DNA of 64,000 nucleotides. It comes from an uncultured delta proteobacterium (lineage in GTDB: Bacteria; Myxococcota; Kuafuiibacteriia; Kuafuiibacteriales; Kuafuiibacteriaceae). Position 1 is the stretch's first letter. Each line of letters begins with the position of its first letter. A model generated the notes under the pieces. That model was not told the origin of the DNA, did not search any database, and worked only from the letters and a program-made list of their open reading frames with translations. The stretch covers positions 2,112,001 through 2,176,000 of the forward strand of contig CAWDML010000001.1 of assembly GCA_963803435.1 (NCBI GenBank), in the 5' to 3' direction. This document shows, one piece after another, positions 19,057 through 29,714 of this stretch. Position numbers and translations under genes: made by a program.

Positions 19057-21620
19057 TTGCGACGGCTCCTGCCGCTGATCCTGCTCGCGTCCGCCTGCGC
19101 CGGCCCGCCGCCGGAGGATCGGCCCGATCCCGACGCAGGCGTGCCCACCGACGGCGGCAACCCGATCTTCGAGCCGTCCCCGATCGCGGAGCCGGAGCCG
19201 CCGCGGATGGATCGGCCGGCGCCGCCGGTGATGACGCCGTGCCCGAGCGGGTGGCGAGAGGTCCCACCGACCGAGACCGGATTCCCCTCCGCAGTCTGCG
19301 AGCCGTTCCCCGAGGGCAGCGGGGTCATCTGCGGCGACGACGAGGCGCACTTCCCAGGGACGCCCGGCTGCGCTCGGATCGGGACCGAGTGCCCGGCGGG
19401 CGATCCGTGGCCCGCCGATCTCCCGACGGATCGCACCGTCGTCTTCGTGCGTCCCGGGGCAGCCGGGGGCAATGGGACGCGCGGCGCGCCCTACGGCTCG
19501 ATCACCGCCGCGATCGCGGCCACCGGTGACGGCGCGGTCATCGCGCTGGCGGCCGGCACCTACGACGAGGCGCTGGTGATCGACAAGGCGGTGACGCTCC
19601 TGGGCGCATGCGTCCGCGACACCCGGCTCTCCGACTCGAGCTACACCGGAACGGTGCGCGTCACCTCGCCCGGCGCCGCCCTCGAGAACCTTCACCTCGA
19701 AGGGACGGACCTCGGCGTGATGGTCGAGGCCGCCGGCGAGCTCTCGATGGTGAACGTGGTGGTGCAGGACGCGGCCGGCGGCGGCGTGGTCCTCATGGGT
19801 GGCATGCTGACGGCCGATTCGCTCGTCATCCGCGAGACGGGCGACGGCACGTACTTCGGACGCGGCCTGGTGGCCGTGGACGGCGCGCGCGTGACGGCGA
19901 GCCACGTCGAGCTCTTCGGGAACCAGGACATCGCTGTCGACGCGGAAGGCGCCACCACGGAGGTCGCGCTCAGCGACGTCACCATCCGCGACACCTCCGG
20001 GAGCCCCAAATCGGCCCAGTACGGGCTCGGCGTGCTCGCCAGCGAGGGCGCGCAGGTCGCGCTGGTGCGCGCCGGGCTGGAGCGCAACCGCGACCGCGCG
20101 CTCTGGGCTTACAACGGCACCATCAGCGCCGTCGACACGGTCATCCGCGACACCCGCCCCTCGAGCGCCGACCGCACCGACGGCATCGGCGGCCAGGCGC
20201 AGGGTGGCGGCACGCTCTCGCTCTCCCGCACCTGGATCGAGCACAGCCGGACGATCGGGGTGTACCTGTCCGAGGACGGCGCTTCGGCCCAGCTCGAGGA
20301 CGTGATCGTGAATCGCACCGACCCGCAAGCGTCGGACGACACCGGCGGCCGCGGCGTCAACGCACAGCTCGGCGTCGAGCTCACCATGACGCGGGTGCTG
20401 GTGAAGGAGAGCCACGAGATGGGCGTCTTCGTGGCGGCCGACTCCCACGCGGTGCTCACCGACGTGAGCATCGAGGACACGCACAACGTCGGGATCCTCG
20501 GCACGGGCCTCACCTTCAACTTCGGGGCACGCGCCGAGATCGCCCGGCTGCGCGTGGCGCGTGCGACTCAGGGCGGTATCGCAATCGGCGACGGCTCCAT
20601 GGTGACCATGACCGACGCGGTGGTCGAGGACACGCTCGGCCTCGACGCCGACGGCTCGGAGGGCCTCGCCCTGGTGCTCCAGAGCGGCTCCAGCCTGACC
20701 GCGTCCCGGGTGCGCATCGAGCGCTGCCTCGACCAGGGCGTCTTCCTCCGCGACCCCGGGACCACCGCGGTGTTCGACAATCTGATCGTCCAAGACGTCA
20801 AGAGCGGCCTTCCCGACGGCCGCTTCGGTCGCGGCTTCGCGGTCGAGGTGGGCGCCTCCGGTGAGATCAATCGGGGGCTCTTCGAACGAACCCACGAGCA
20901 CGCGCTCATCGCGAACGGTTCAGCCGCCGCTATCCGCGCCGAGGACCTGACCGTCCGCGACACGATGGCACGCGACAGCGACGGCTTCAGCGGCCGTGGG
21001 CTGGCCGTCCAGCTCGAGGCGAGCGCGGTGATCACGCGGGCCCGCTTCTCCGACAGCGTCGAGGTCGGCGTCTTCGTATCGGGAGAGGCGGCCACCGCCA
21101 CGCTCACCGACGTCGTCATCGAGCGAACCGAGAGCCGCTCCGACGGCGTGGGCGGTCGCGGCCTCGACATCAGCGAGGGCGGACACGTCGTCGCACGCGG
21201 GCTCCTGCTCGCAGACAACCGCGAGTTCGGCATGGTGGCCGTCGACCCGGGCTCCCGCGCCGATCTGTTCGACGCGATCGTCACCGGGACGCGAGAGAAC
21301 GGCTGCCCCACCGACGAATGCCTCGGCTTCGGCAAGGGCGGAACCGGGATCGGCTCCGCCAAGTCGGCCGCCGTCCACGTGTCGCACTTCCTGGTGGAGA
21401 AGAGCGCGCTCGCGGGCCTGGCGCTCACGCACGAGGGCACGATCGATCTGATCGACGGCGAGGTCGCGTTCAACCCGGTCGGCGTGAACGTCGACGCCGA
21501 CGGCTACAATTTGGACCGGCTCCGCGATCAGGTCCGCTACCACGACAACGATCTCACCCTGCAAGCGATCAGCGTGCCCGAGCCCCGCGCCTCCGACATC
21601 ATCGCCGGCGCGCTCAGTAG
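19057..21620 (+). CDS. Large lipoprotein with right-handed parallel beta-helix repeats; true stop probably TAG 21618-21620 (one base missing)
   Basis: Lipobox LLASAC; Cys-rich N-terminus; GNGTRGAPYGSITAAI motif; recurring G.GRGL/GV beta-helix units. The ORF-track tail after ~21617 reads through a non-coding element. Confidence 0.75.
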
Positions 21621-21823
21621 GATCGTTCGCTCTTCCGTGTCTCGGCGTTCTGGCATTCGCTGTTCATGGAGACGGATCGCTCTTGCAGAAGCGTGTCGAG
21701 ATCACTGCGATGGAGAGGTGGAAGCGAAGTTTGGAGCTCGCTCGATAGCGCGATGGCAAAGGCACCCAAAGGGGGCGACTGCCAGGACAAGTGCAACACG
21801 GAAGAGCGAACGGAACGGTTTTA
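21618..21823. mobile_element. MITE-like element with 17-bp perfect inverted repeats and TA ends
   Basis: cgttcgctcttccgtgt (21624-21640) is the exact reverse complement of acacggaagagcgaacg (21796-21812). Lower-GC interior; lies between convergent genes. Confidence 0.6.
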
Positions 21824-21841
21824 GGACCGGTTCCAAGTCGC

Positions 21842-23200
21842 CTATAGCCCCAGATCCTGGAGATCGCCGACCTCCAGCCCGCGCGGTCGATCGCAGGGTG
21901 CGATCACATCCAGCACGTCGAACGTCCCCGTCCGGGCCTGATCGGCCGCCGCGGTGGTCCCGTCGCGCGTGATCCCGCCGTCCCATCCCGCGGGCGGCGA
22001 GCCCTGGGCCACCGCCGCCACCGCGCCGGAGCTCGTCACGGTGATCTCGATGTCCGTGAGGCTGAGCGTCCCGAAGGCGGAGGGGAGATCGAGGAGGAGG
22101 CCGGCGCGCTCGTTGCCGCTCATGGTGACGCCGTCGATCGTGGTCTCGAGGGAGGGGCTGACCACCTGGAGGCCGTCACCGACCTCGATGCTGCCGAGCA
22201 GCTCGACCTGCCGCACCGCTGCGTGCGTGTTGTCGATGGTGGCGTCGTGGACGTCGAGGTGCGGAGTCTCGACCGCCACGAAGCCCGCGAACGTATTGTC
22301 GTGGAGGTTGCCGGTGAGCTCGACGTCGGCGCGCTCGACCCACACGCCGGCGACGCTGTTGCCGCTCGCCTCGAGGTCGGTGTGCACAGCGCTGCTCTCG
22401 ATCTGCGCCAGCCCGATCCCCTGCGTGCCGGCGACGCGGACCGAGCTCGTGGAGTAGCTGCCCGCGCCCACGAAGACCACGCCGTAGGCCGGCGGAAGCG
22501 CGAAGCCTTGGACGATCCCATCGATCGACACGTCCGAGATGGCCGCGCTCCCGCCGTCGGCCAGCACCCCGATCCCGAGGGCGTCGGAGACCGCGCCGCC
22601 GTTCCAGGTGACGGCGCCGCCGGCGAACAGTGCGCAGGCCGCGGCCGTCCCGCGAACGTCGACGTTGGTGAGCGCAGTCGTCCCGCCGGCCGCCACGATC
22701 CCATGCGTGGACGCATCGTCGATCCCGAAGTCGACCGACAGCGAGGGCGGGTTGGCGAGATCGATCGCGCCGGCGATCGAGACGTTGGTCAGCTCGGCCT
22801 CGACGTCCTCGAGCGCAACTCCGACGCCGAGCGCGGTGGTGATGTCGACATTCTCGATCGCCAGCTGCCCGCCGCGCGCGAGCACCGCTGCGTGCGAGGG
22901 TGACGCGATCGCGAGGTCGCGGACTTCGACCCGACCGTCGGTCGCGATGGTGAGCGAGCCGCGGATCATCGAAGGCGCGCCCTGTCCATGTATGGTCAGC
23001 GGGTGATCGATCGAAAAGTCACCGGCGATCGGACACGCGCCCACCTCCACGTCGGTGGCCTCGAGAGCGGCTCGAAAGTCGTCGGGCGTGCAAACCGCGG
23101 CCTCTCCGCAGCCGGCGACGAGCAGGAAAGAGAGACCCCAGGCGGCGCGAGTGGAACCCAACTGACAGTGTGTGATACCCGAGCAGGGTAGGGCTCGCAA
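21842..23200 (-). CDS. Putative lipoprotein with beta-helix-like repeats, start uncertain
   Basis: Lipobox FLLVAGC; Gly/Val/Asp/Ala-rich repeats (GVGVAL, GIGVLA, GIGLAQ, AGVWV, AGLLL). Confidence 0.7.
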   Translation of the reverse strand: MRALPCSGITHCQLGSTRAAWGLSFLLVAGCGEAAVCTPDDFRAALEATDVEVGACPIAGDFSIDHPLTIHGQGAPSMIRGSLTIATDGRVEVRDLAIASPSHAAVLARGGQLAIENVDITTALGVGVALEDVEAELTNVSIAGAIDLANPPSLSVDFGIDDASTHGIVAAGGTTALTNVDVRGTAAACALFAGGAVTWNGGAVSDALGIGVLADGGSAAISDVSIDGIVQGFALPPAYGVVFVGAGSYSTSSVRVAGTQGIGLAQIESSAVHTDLEASGNSVAGVWVERADVELTGNLHDNTFAGFVAVETPHLDVHDATIDNTHAAVRQVELLGSIEVGDGLQVVSPSLETTIDGVTMSGNERAGLLLDLPSAFGTLSLTDIEITVTSSGAVAAVAQGSPPAGWDGGITRDGTTAAADQARTGTFDVLDVIAPCDRPRGLEVGDLQDLGL

Positions 23201-23202
23201 TC

Positions 23203-26200
23203 GTGAGCGACACTGATTCGACGCAGCCGGACATCGGCGACACCCTGGTGTTTGACGATCGTCACGCGTTCGACCTGGCCAAGACCCTCCGAGCCGACGC
23301 TTCGGGGCCGGGGGCCACGCCGCGTTGGATCAGCAAGCAGAAGATCGGCCCGTTTCAGGTGAAGGAGATCCTGGGCTGCGGCGGGATGGGTGTCGTGTAC
23401 TCCGCCGCTACACCCGACGGCCTCCTGGTCGCGGTGAAGGTGCTCTCCACCCGACCCCACCCGAAGGACGCGGAGCGCTTCGCGCGCGAGGCGGCGCTCC
23501 GGATCGATCATCCGAACGTCGTCCAGATGATCGAGGCGAAGATCGACGTCGAGGTCCCGTACATCGCGTTCGAGCTCCTCGAGGGCAGCGATCTCGATCA
23601 GCGGCTGCGCAAGGAGGGCGCGCTCTCCCCGCAGGAGACCGTCGACCTCGCGGTCCAGTCGTGCCGAGGTCTCGCCGCGGCACATGCGCTCAACATCATC
23701 CACCGCGATCTCAAGCCCGCGAACATCTTCCAGACCAAAGACGGCACGGTGAAGATCCTCGACTTCGGGATCGCGTACGTCGACGACCGCGACGGGCGTC
23801 TCACGAGCACCAACGCGATGATGGGGACGCCCCACTACATGGCGCCGGAGCAGGCGCGCGGCGACAAGTCCTTCGACGCGCGCACCGACGTCTGGGGTCT
23901 GGGCGCCGTCCTCTATCACGCCATCACCGGCAGGCCGCCCTTCCCTCGCGAGTCGCGCGTCGCCACCCTGCTCGCCGTCGTCACCGAGGAGATCGCACCC
24001 ATCGAAGAGATCGCGCCCACCGTCCCGCGCGCCCTCGCCAACATCATCGAGCGCGCGCTCTCCAAGACCCGGGAGGACCGCTGGCCCAACATGGAGACGA
24101 TGCTGGCCGCGCTGGAGATGCTGGGACCGGTCGGCGCCGAGGTCGACCCGCACTCCAAGGAGCGGGGCGGCGCGATCGCGCCGGGGGAGCAGCGGATCGT
24201 GGCCGTGCTGATGGCCCGCGGGATCTTCGATCGAGATCTCCTCAAGAAGGAGATCGAGTCGCGCGACGGCGTGATCGTCCCGATCATCGGCGGGCAGGCG
24301 GTCGGCCTGTTCGGCGTCAAGCAGTGGCGGGGCGACGAGATTGAGCGGGCGGTGGAGGCCGGAATGGCGTCGCGCCCGTTCGTCGAGCGGGTCGCGGTCG
24401 CGTCGGGCCGAGTGGCCCAGACCGGCGCCAAGGTCTCCGGCGGCGTGGTTCGTGCCGCCGAGGCCTGCTGCGACGCGGAGGTGGACGGCCTGGCCCTCGA
24501 CGCCTCCGCCGCCCAGGCGGTCGCCAACCTCTTCGTCCTCTCCGAGATGAGCCCGGGCGTGTTTCAGGTCGGGGACCGCAAGCCGCGCACGTTGTTCACG
24601 ACCCAGCTGGAGAAGCTCGAGACGGGCGCGCCGCTATTCGGTCGCGACGCCGAGCTCGCGCGCATCACCCGCGCGCTCCGCTCGGTGGTCGAGGAGCGGC
24701 AGGCGCGGACCGTGGTCGTGCTCGGACCGGTCGGGATGGGCAAGCGGCGGCTCGGACAGGAGGCGATGCGGCGGCTCGACGAGCGCGCGGCCGCGTCCTC
24801 GCCGGCGAAGCTCCTCCATGCGCGCGCGGAGGCCCAGCAGATGAGCTCCGCGTTCGCGCTGCTGCGGCGCGTGCTCGAGGAGCGCGCCGAGCTGGGTGCC
24901 TCGCAGTGGGGCTGGCCACGGCTCGGCGGCGAGGCGCCGCTGGGCGAACGCCAGCACGCGGTCATGCGCCTGATCGACGAGGCGATCGCCGACCGCCGCC
25001 AGGCCGCCCACAACGCCGGGTTCCTGGGCCGGCTGGTCGGAGTCGAGATGCCCGAGACCGCGGACCTCGCCGCCGCGCGCGCCGATCCGCAGCTGATGCA
25101 GGACCGGTTGCGGATCGCGCTCCTCGAATATCTGCTCGGCCTCCTCGCGATTGCCCCCGTGGGGCTCTTCCTCGAGGAGATCCAGTGGGCCGACCCCGAC
25201 TCGCTGGCACTCCTCGACGAGCTCTTCGAGGAAGCCGCTGAGCACCCCCTGTTCATGCTGCTGACCAGCCGCCCCGACCTCGACCGGAGCGCCGTCGACT
25301 TCCTCGGCGGGCGAGGCGTGCTCGAGATCGAGCTCGAGGGTCTCGAGCGCCTCGATGTGGCGGATATGGCCAAGTGGATCGCATCGCGGGCGCTCCCGGA
25401 CGCGCTCGTTGATGCGCTCGCCGAACGCACCGGCGGCAACCCGCTCTTCGTGGAGCAGATCGTCTCTGCGCTGGTGTCCGAAGCGCGGCTCGACGCTGCA
25501 CCGGAGAACCTCCCGCTCCCGCTGACCGTCGAGGCCGCCGTGCAGTCGCGCCTCGATCAGCTCTCGACGCAGGAGAAAGCGGCCTGCCGCCGCTGCTCGG
25601 TCCTCAATCGACCGTTCTTCCACCACGAAGCAGCTGCCCTCGGCATCGAGGACGCGCCGGACCTCCTCAAGCGCCTGGTGGAGAAGCGTATCCTGACGAT
25701 GAAGAAGAAGAAGCGGCTCGTGATGGGGCCCGAGTATCGCTTCAAGAGCACGCTGATCCAGGACGTCGCCTACCGCATGATCGTCGAGGAGCAACGGAGC
25801 CCGCTGCACGCGAAGGCCGCGGCCTACCTCTCGCGGCTGGCCGATACGGATCCCGAGGAGCTGGCCTTCCACTACGAGCGCGCCGGCGACCTCCGCCGCG
25901 CGGCCCTCCACTATGCGCGGGCCTCCTTCGCGGCCGCACGACGGGGCGATAGCCGCCGGGTCGAGCTCTGCTCGGGACGCGCGTTCACGCTGGGCGCGCC
26001 GGAAGAGGCGATGTTCGACCTGGCGATGATCCGCAGTGAGGCGCTCCAGTTCCTCGGCAATCACGGGGAGCGCAACCACGCCATCGAGGTGGCGCTCTCG
26101 TCCGCCAAGAACGCGAGCGAGCGGGCCCAAGCTCTGGCGGAGCAGGTGAAGAACGAGCTCCTCGGCGGTCGCCTCGAGCGCGCGATCGCGTCGGCGGAGG

Positions 26201-27154
26201 AGGCGGTGACCAAGGCCCAGGAGGCCCGCGACTCCGACGTGCTGGTCCTCGCCCTCGGCCGCTACGGCCTGGCGCTCACCAAGGCGGGGAGGCTGCCCGA
26301 CGCGCGCCGCGTCCTCGATGAGGCCGATCGCGTGGCGACGCTGGCGCCGATCCACCTGCGCGCGTTGATCTCCGGGTTGGAAGGGTCAGCTCGCCGGCGC
26401 GCGCGGAGACCTGGCCGGGCGCCTGGCCGCGTTCGAGCAGGCCGTCCAGCTCTACGAGCGCGCCGGCGACGCCCGACGCGTGGCGGGCGCCAAGGTCAAC
26501 GTCGCCGACGTCTACAACCGAACCGGCGACTATCACCGCGCCGAGCGCGCGCTCGAGGAGGCGCAATTCGAGAGCCACCGCGTCCACAACCTACCGATGC
26601 GGGGCTACGCGATGGTGAACCGCGCCTACTCGCTGACCTCGCTCGGGCGCACGGACGAGGCCATGAACCTCCTGGTGGAGGCGAGCAGGATCGCGGACGA
26701 GATCGGCGATCAGCAGCTCGAGCTCTACGCGCGCTTCTACCGGGTGCGCGCACACGCCGGCAGCGCCGAGGGCCAGCAGGCCGACGAAGCCGAGGCCATC
26801 GCGAAGAGCGCCGAGAAGCGCTTCCCCGGCCTGGCCATCAACGCGTTCGCGCGGGCCGCCAGCCTCCGCTACCGCCTGAGCCAGCACGACCGCGCGCTCG
26901 CCCTCTCGACGCGCGCCCTGGAGCTGCTGGACCGGATCGGCGCCACGGAGGAGGACGAGGCCGAGGTCTACCTCACGCACGCGCGCCTGCTGGAGAAGTC
27001 GGGGCGCGTGCAGGAGTCGGAGGAGACCCTCCGACGCGGTCGCAAGCGGCTGTTCGAGATGGCGGACGCGATCGAGGACGTGGCGCTGCGGGAGCAGCTG
27101 CTGCACGGGGTGCCGGCACACCGCACGCTGCTGGCGTTGTCGGCGGGGTTGTAG
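23203..27154 (+). CDS. Ser/Thr kinase - degenerate cyclase-like region - STAND (AAA) ATPase - TPR protein, apparent frameshift near 26375
   Basis: Kinase motifs HRDLKPAN/DFG/GTPHYMAPE; FGRDAEL; Walker A-like GPVGMGKR; EEIQWAD; RTGGNPLFVE. Helical repeats continue in the 26480..27154 frame. Confidence 0.85.
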
Positions 27155-27410
27155 CCCCGCTGCGCCTGGATCCCCTGACGACGCCACCGTCACCGTCACC
27201 GTCACCCAGCACCGACCCCGGACCCCGGACCCCGAACACGGGACGCGGAGCACGGCGCTCGGATCGCACGCTCGATGCGGCCCGGGGACGCACCGTGGTC
27301 CGTGGCACGTGCTCCGATCTTCGGTGTTCCGTGTCCGTGCTGGGTGACCGTGACGGTGACGGTGACGGTGACGGCCTCGGGACGCGGACGCGGACGCCAG
27401 CCGCAGCTAC
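27151..27410. repeat. Intergenic nested inverted-repeat element with hexamer/heptamer arrays, bounded by GTAG...CTAC
   Basis: (caccgt)3cacccagcac at 27185-27212 pairs with gtgctgggtgaccgtgacggtgacggtg... at 27337-27374; (gaccccg)3 and (ggacgc)3 arrays; outer gtagc...gctgcgcctgg pairs with ccagccgcagctac. Confidence 0.8.
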
Positions 27411-27440
27411 GGGCGGACGGGGATGCGGATACGGGCGCGC

Positions 27441-28872
27441 CTACGCTCGCTCTTCCACTGGCGGCGCGTCTCTCTCTACCGGCTCGGCGCGCTGCTTGAG
27501 GACCTCGAACGCGGCCACTCGATACGCCTCCGCGAGCGTGGGGAAGTTGAAGATTCTGATCGACGAACGTCTCGATCCCGAGGCGGCCGATCAGGGCGAG
27601 CTGGCCCAGGTGGATCAGCTCGGCGGCGCCCTCGCCGACGATCTGGACGCCGAGCACGCGCTCGCCGCGCTGGTCGGCCACCAGCTTCAGGAGGCCGTCC
27701 TCGATGCCGGCGATTTGACCGCGCGCGATCTCCTCGAAGCGGGCGCGACCCACCAGGGCGCCGCCGAAGGTCTCGACGGCCTGCGCCTCGGAGAGCCCCA
27801 CGCTGGCGATCTCGGGGATGGTGTACACGCCGGCCGGGATCGTGGAGACCGCCTCGTGACCGGCGAGGCCGACGATCTCGCAGGCGACGCGGCGCCCCTG
27901 GTCCATCGCGGCCGAGGCGAGCGAAGGGGGGCCGATCACGTCGCCGGCGGCGAAGATGTGGGGGACGGCGGTGCGGCCGACGGCGTCGACCGTCAGGAGC
28001 CCGCGAGCGTTGGCGGTGAGGCCGGCGGCCTCGATGTGGAGCGCCTCCACGTTGGCGATCCGGCCCAGGGCGCACAGGAGCTTCTCGGCGGAGACGGTGG
28101 ACCCGTCGTCGAGCGAGACCGTCACGCCGGTGAAGTCGTCGCTCGCCACGCTCAAGACGGTACGACCCCCGAGGAATCGGCCGCCCGATCGCTCGAACGA
28201 AGTGGTGAAGCGCTCCACCACCTCCGGATCGAGGAACATCAGCGGGCGGTCGGCGCGATCGATCATGGTCACCCGCACGCCCAGCGCCGCAAAGATGGAG
28301 GCGTACTCCGACGCGATCACGCCGCCACCCAGCACGGTGAGCGACTTCGGCAGGTACGCGAGGGACAGGATCGAGTCGCTGTCGAGGACGTTCTCGTGAT
28401 CGATCGGGATGTTCTCGGGGTTGCGCGGCCGCGAGCCGGTCGCGATCACCACCGACTCACCCCAGGCTGCACGCCGCTCTCGCGACGGGAAGCAGACCTC
28501 GAGCTCGTGCGGCGAGGTGAAGCGCGCGCGCCCGTGCCAGCGCTCGATCCCGTTACGGGAGAGCTGATCGCGGACGCACCGCTCGTGGACCTCGACCACC
28601 CGCTCCTTGCGGGCGAGCAGGCTCATCAGCCGGAGGTCGGGGGGGATCTGCAGAGGGATCAGGCCGGCGCTCTTGCGGCGGAAGGCCAGCAGCGCCACCG
28701 CCGTCTCGCGGAGCGTCTTGCTCGGGATCGTGCCGTAGTGGACGCAGGCACCGCCGACGCAGGCATCCTCCTCGAGCACCAGCACCGTGCGACCCGCCTT
28801 CGCGGCCTGGATCGCCGCCTTCTGGCCGGCCGGCCCGCTGCCGATCACGACCAGATCGTAGCGTGCGGTCAT
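27441..28872 (-). CDS. sthA: Soluble pyridine nucleotide transhydrogenase (Si-specific NAD(P)+), apparent frameshift near 27556
   Basis: YDLVVIGSGPAGQKAAIQAAK, GGACVHYGTIPSKTLRE, GDVIGPPSLASAAMDQGR. The C-terminal IFNFPTLAEAYRVAA is in a shifted frame ending at TAG 27441. Confidence 0.88.
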
Positions 28873-29678
28873 GACGCGGCCCGCACACTGGCGAGGATCG
28901 ACTCCGAGAAGCCGACCAGGGTCTCGACCTGCTCCGGGTAGAGGTGGAGCTTCTCGATCGCGGAGTCGGGGCGATCGGGCAGCTCGCCGCCCATCGCGTG
29001 TCCGGCCAGCGTGTCGGCGAGCTGGACCACCAGCGTCATCGGCGCGGTGGCGTTGGGATCGTGGTGGCGCGCGATCGCGTCGACGATCGGCTGCGGCAGC
29101 GACCAGCGGCGCGCCACCTCGCAGCCCACCTCGGCGTGGAGCTCCTCGACCAGCATCGAGATCAGCGCGCGGGGAGCGTTTTGACCGAAGCCCCGGGCGC
29201 CGTCGAGCAGGGCCTGGATCAGGATCGGTCGCCCCAGATCGTGGACCAGCCCGGCGAGGAACGCCTCCTCGACGCTCCATCGCTTCGCTCGGGCCACCTC
29301 TTTCGCGAACAACGCGGTCGCGATCGCGTGCCCGAAGATGTCGCGGATCTCGGACTCCCAACCGGGGGCCCGGAGGACCGGCGCCTTCACGGCCACGATC
29401 ATCGCGATCTCACCGACGATGCGCGCGCCCAGCCGAAGCATCGCCTGCTTGATCGAGACGATCGATCCGTTCGGCGCGTACATCGGCGAGTTGGCGACGC
29501 GGAGCAGGTGCGCGGCGATCGTTTGATCGCGCTCGGCGATCTCGGCCAGCCGTCGAGCGTCGACGCTGGGGTCCGCCGCCGCCCGCATGGCCTCGTGTGC
29601 GACCGTGGGCAGGACGGGGACGTCCAGGTTGCCGTTGCTCAGCCGCTCGCCGACCCAGTCTCGAAGTTGGGCCTCCAC
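28869..29678 (-). CDS. HDOD domain protein
   Basis: VPVLPTVA, LLRVANSPMY, AMLRLG, AFLAGLVHDLG, H.EVG..VARRWSLP..IVDAIARHH. Confidence 0.9.
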   Translation of the reverse strand: MEAQLRDWVGERLSNGNLDVPVLPTVAHEAMRAAADPSVDARRLAEIAERDQTIAAHLLRVANSPMYAPNGSIVSIKQAMLRLGARIVGEIAMIVAVKAPVLRAPGWESEIRDIFGHAIATALFAKEVARAKRWSVEEAFLAGLVHDLGRPILIQALLDGARGFGQNAPRALISMLVEELHAEVGCEVARRWSLPQPIVDAIARHHDPNATAPMTLVVQLADTLAGHAMGGELPDRPDSAIEKLHLYPEQVETLVGFSESILASVRAAS

Positions 29679-29714
29679 GAGGATCCAATCGCCCCCCGGC
29701 CGGGAAACTTGAGG

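Noticed and set aside
21621-21972. C-terminal extension of the beta-helix lipoprotein
   Set aside because: It reads through the inverted-repeat element and overlaps the convergent gene; the composition changes abruptly.
26370-26390. Programmed ribosomal frameshifts at the broken genes
   Set aside because: No canonical slippery heptamers were recognised, and the affected genes are functionally unrelated. Assembly error is more parsimonious.
23203-28941. Single 1912-aa protein
   Set aside because: After ~26375 the frame loses protein-like character and runs through a repeat element and antisense to sthA. The real C-terminus is in the 26480..27154 frame.
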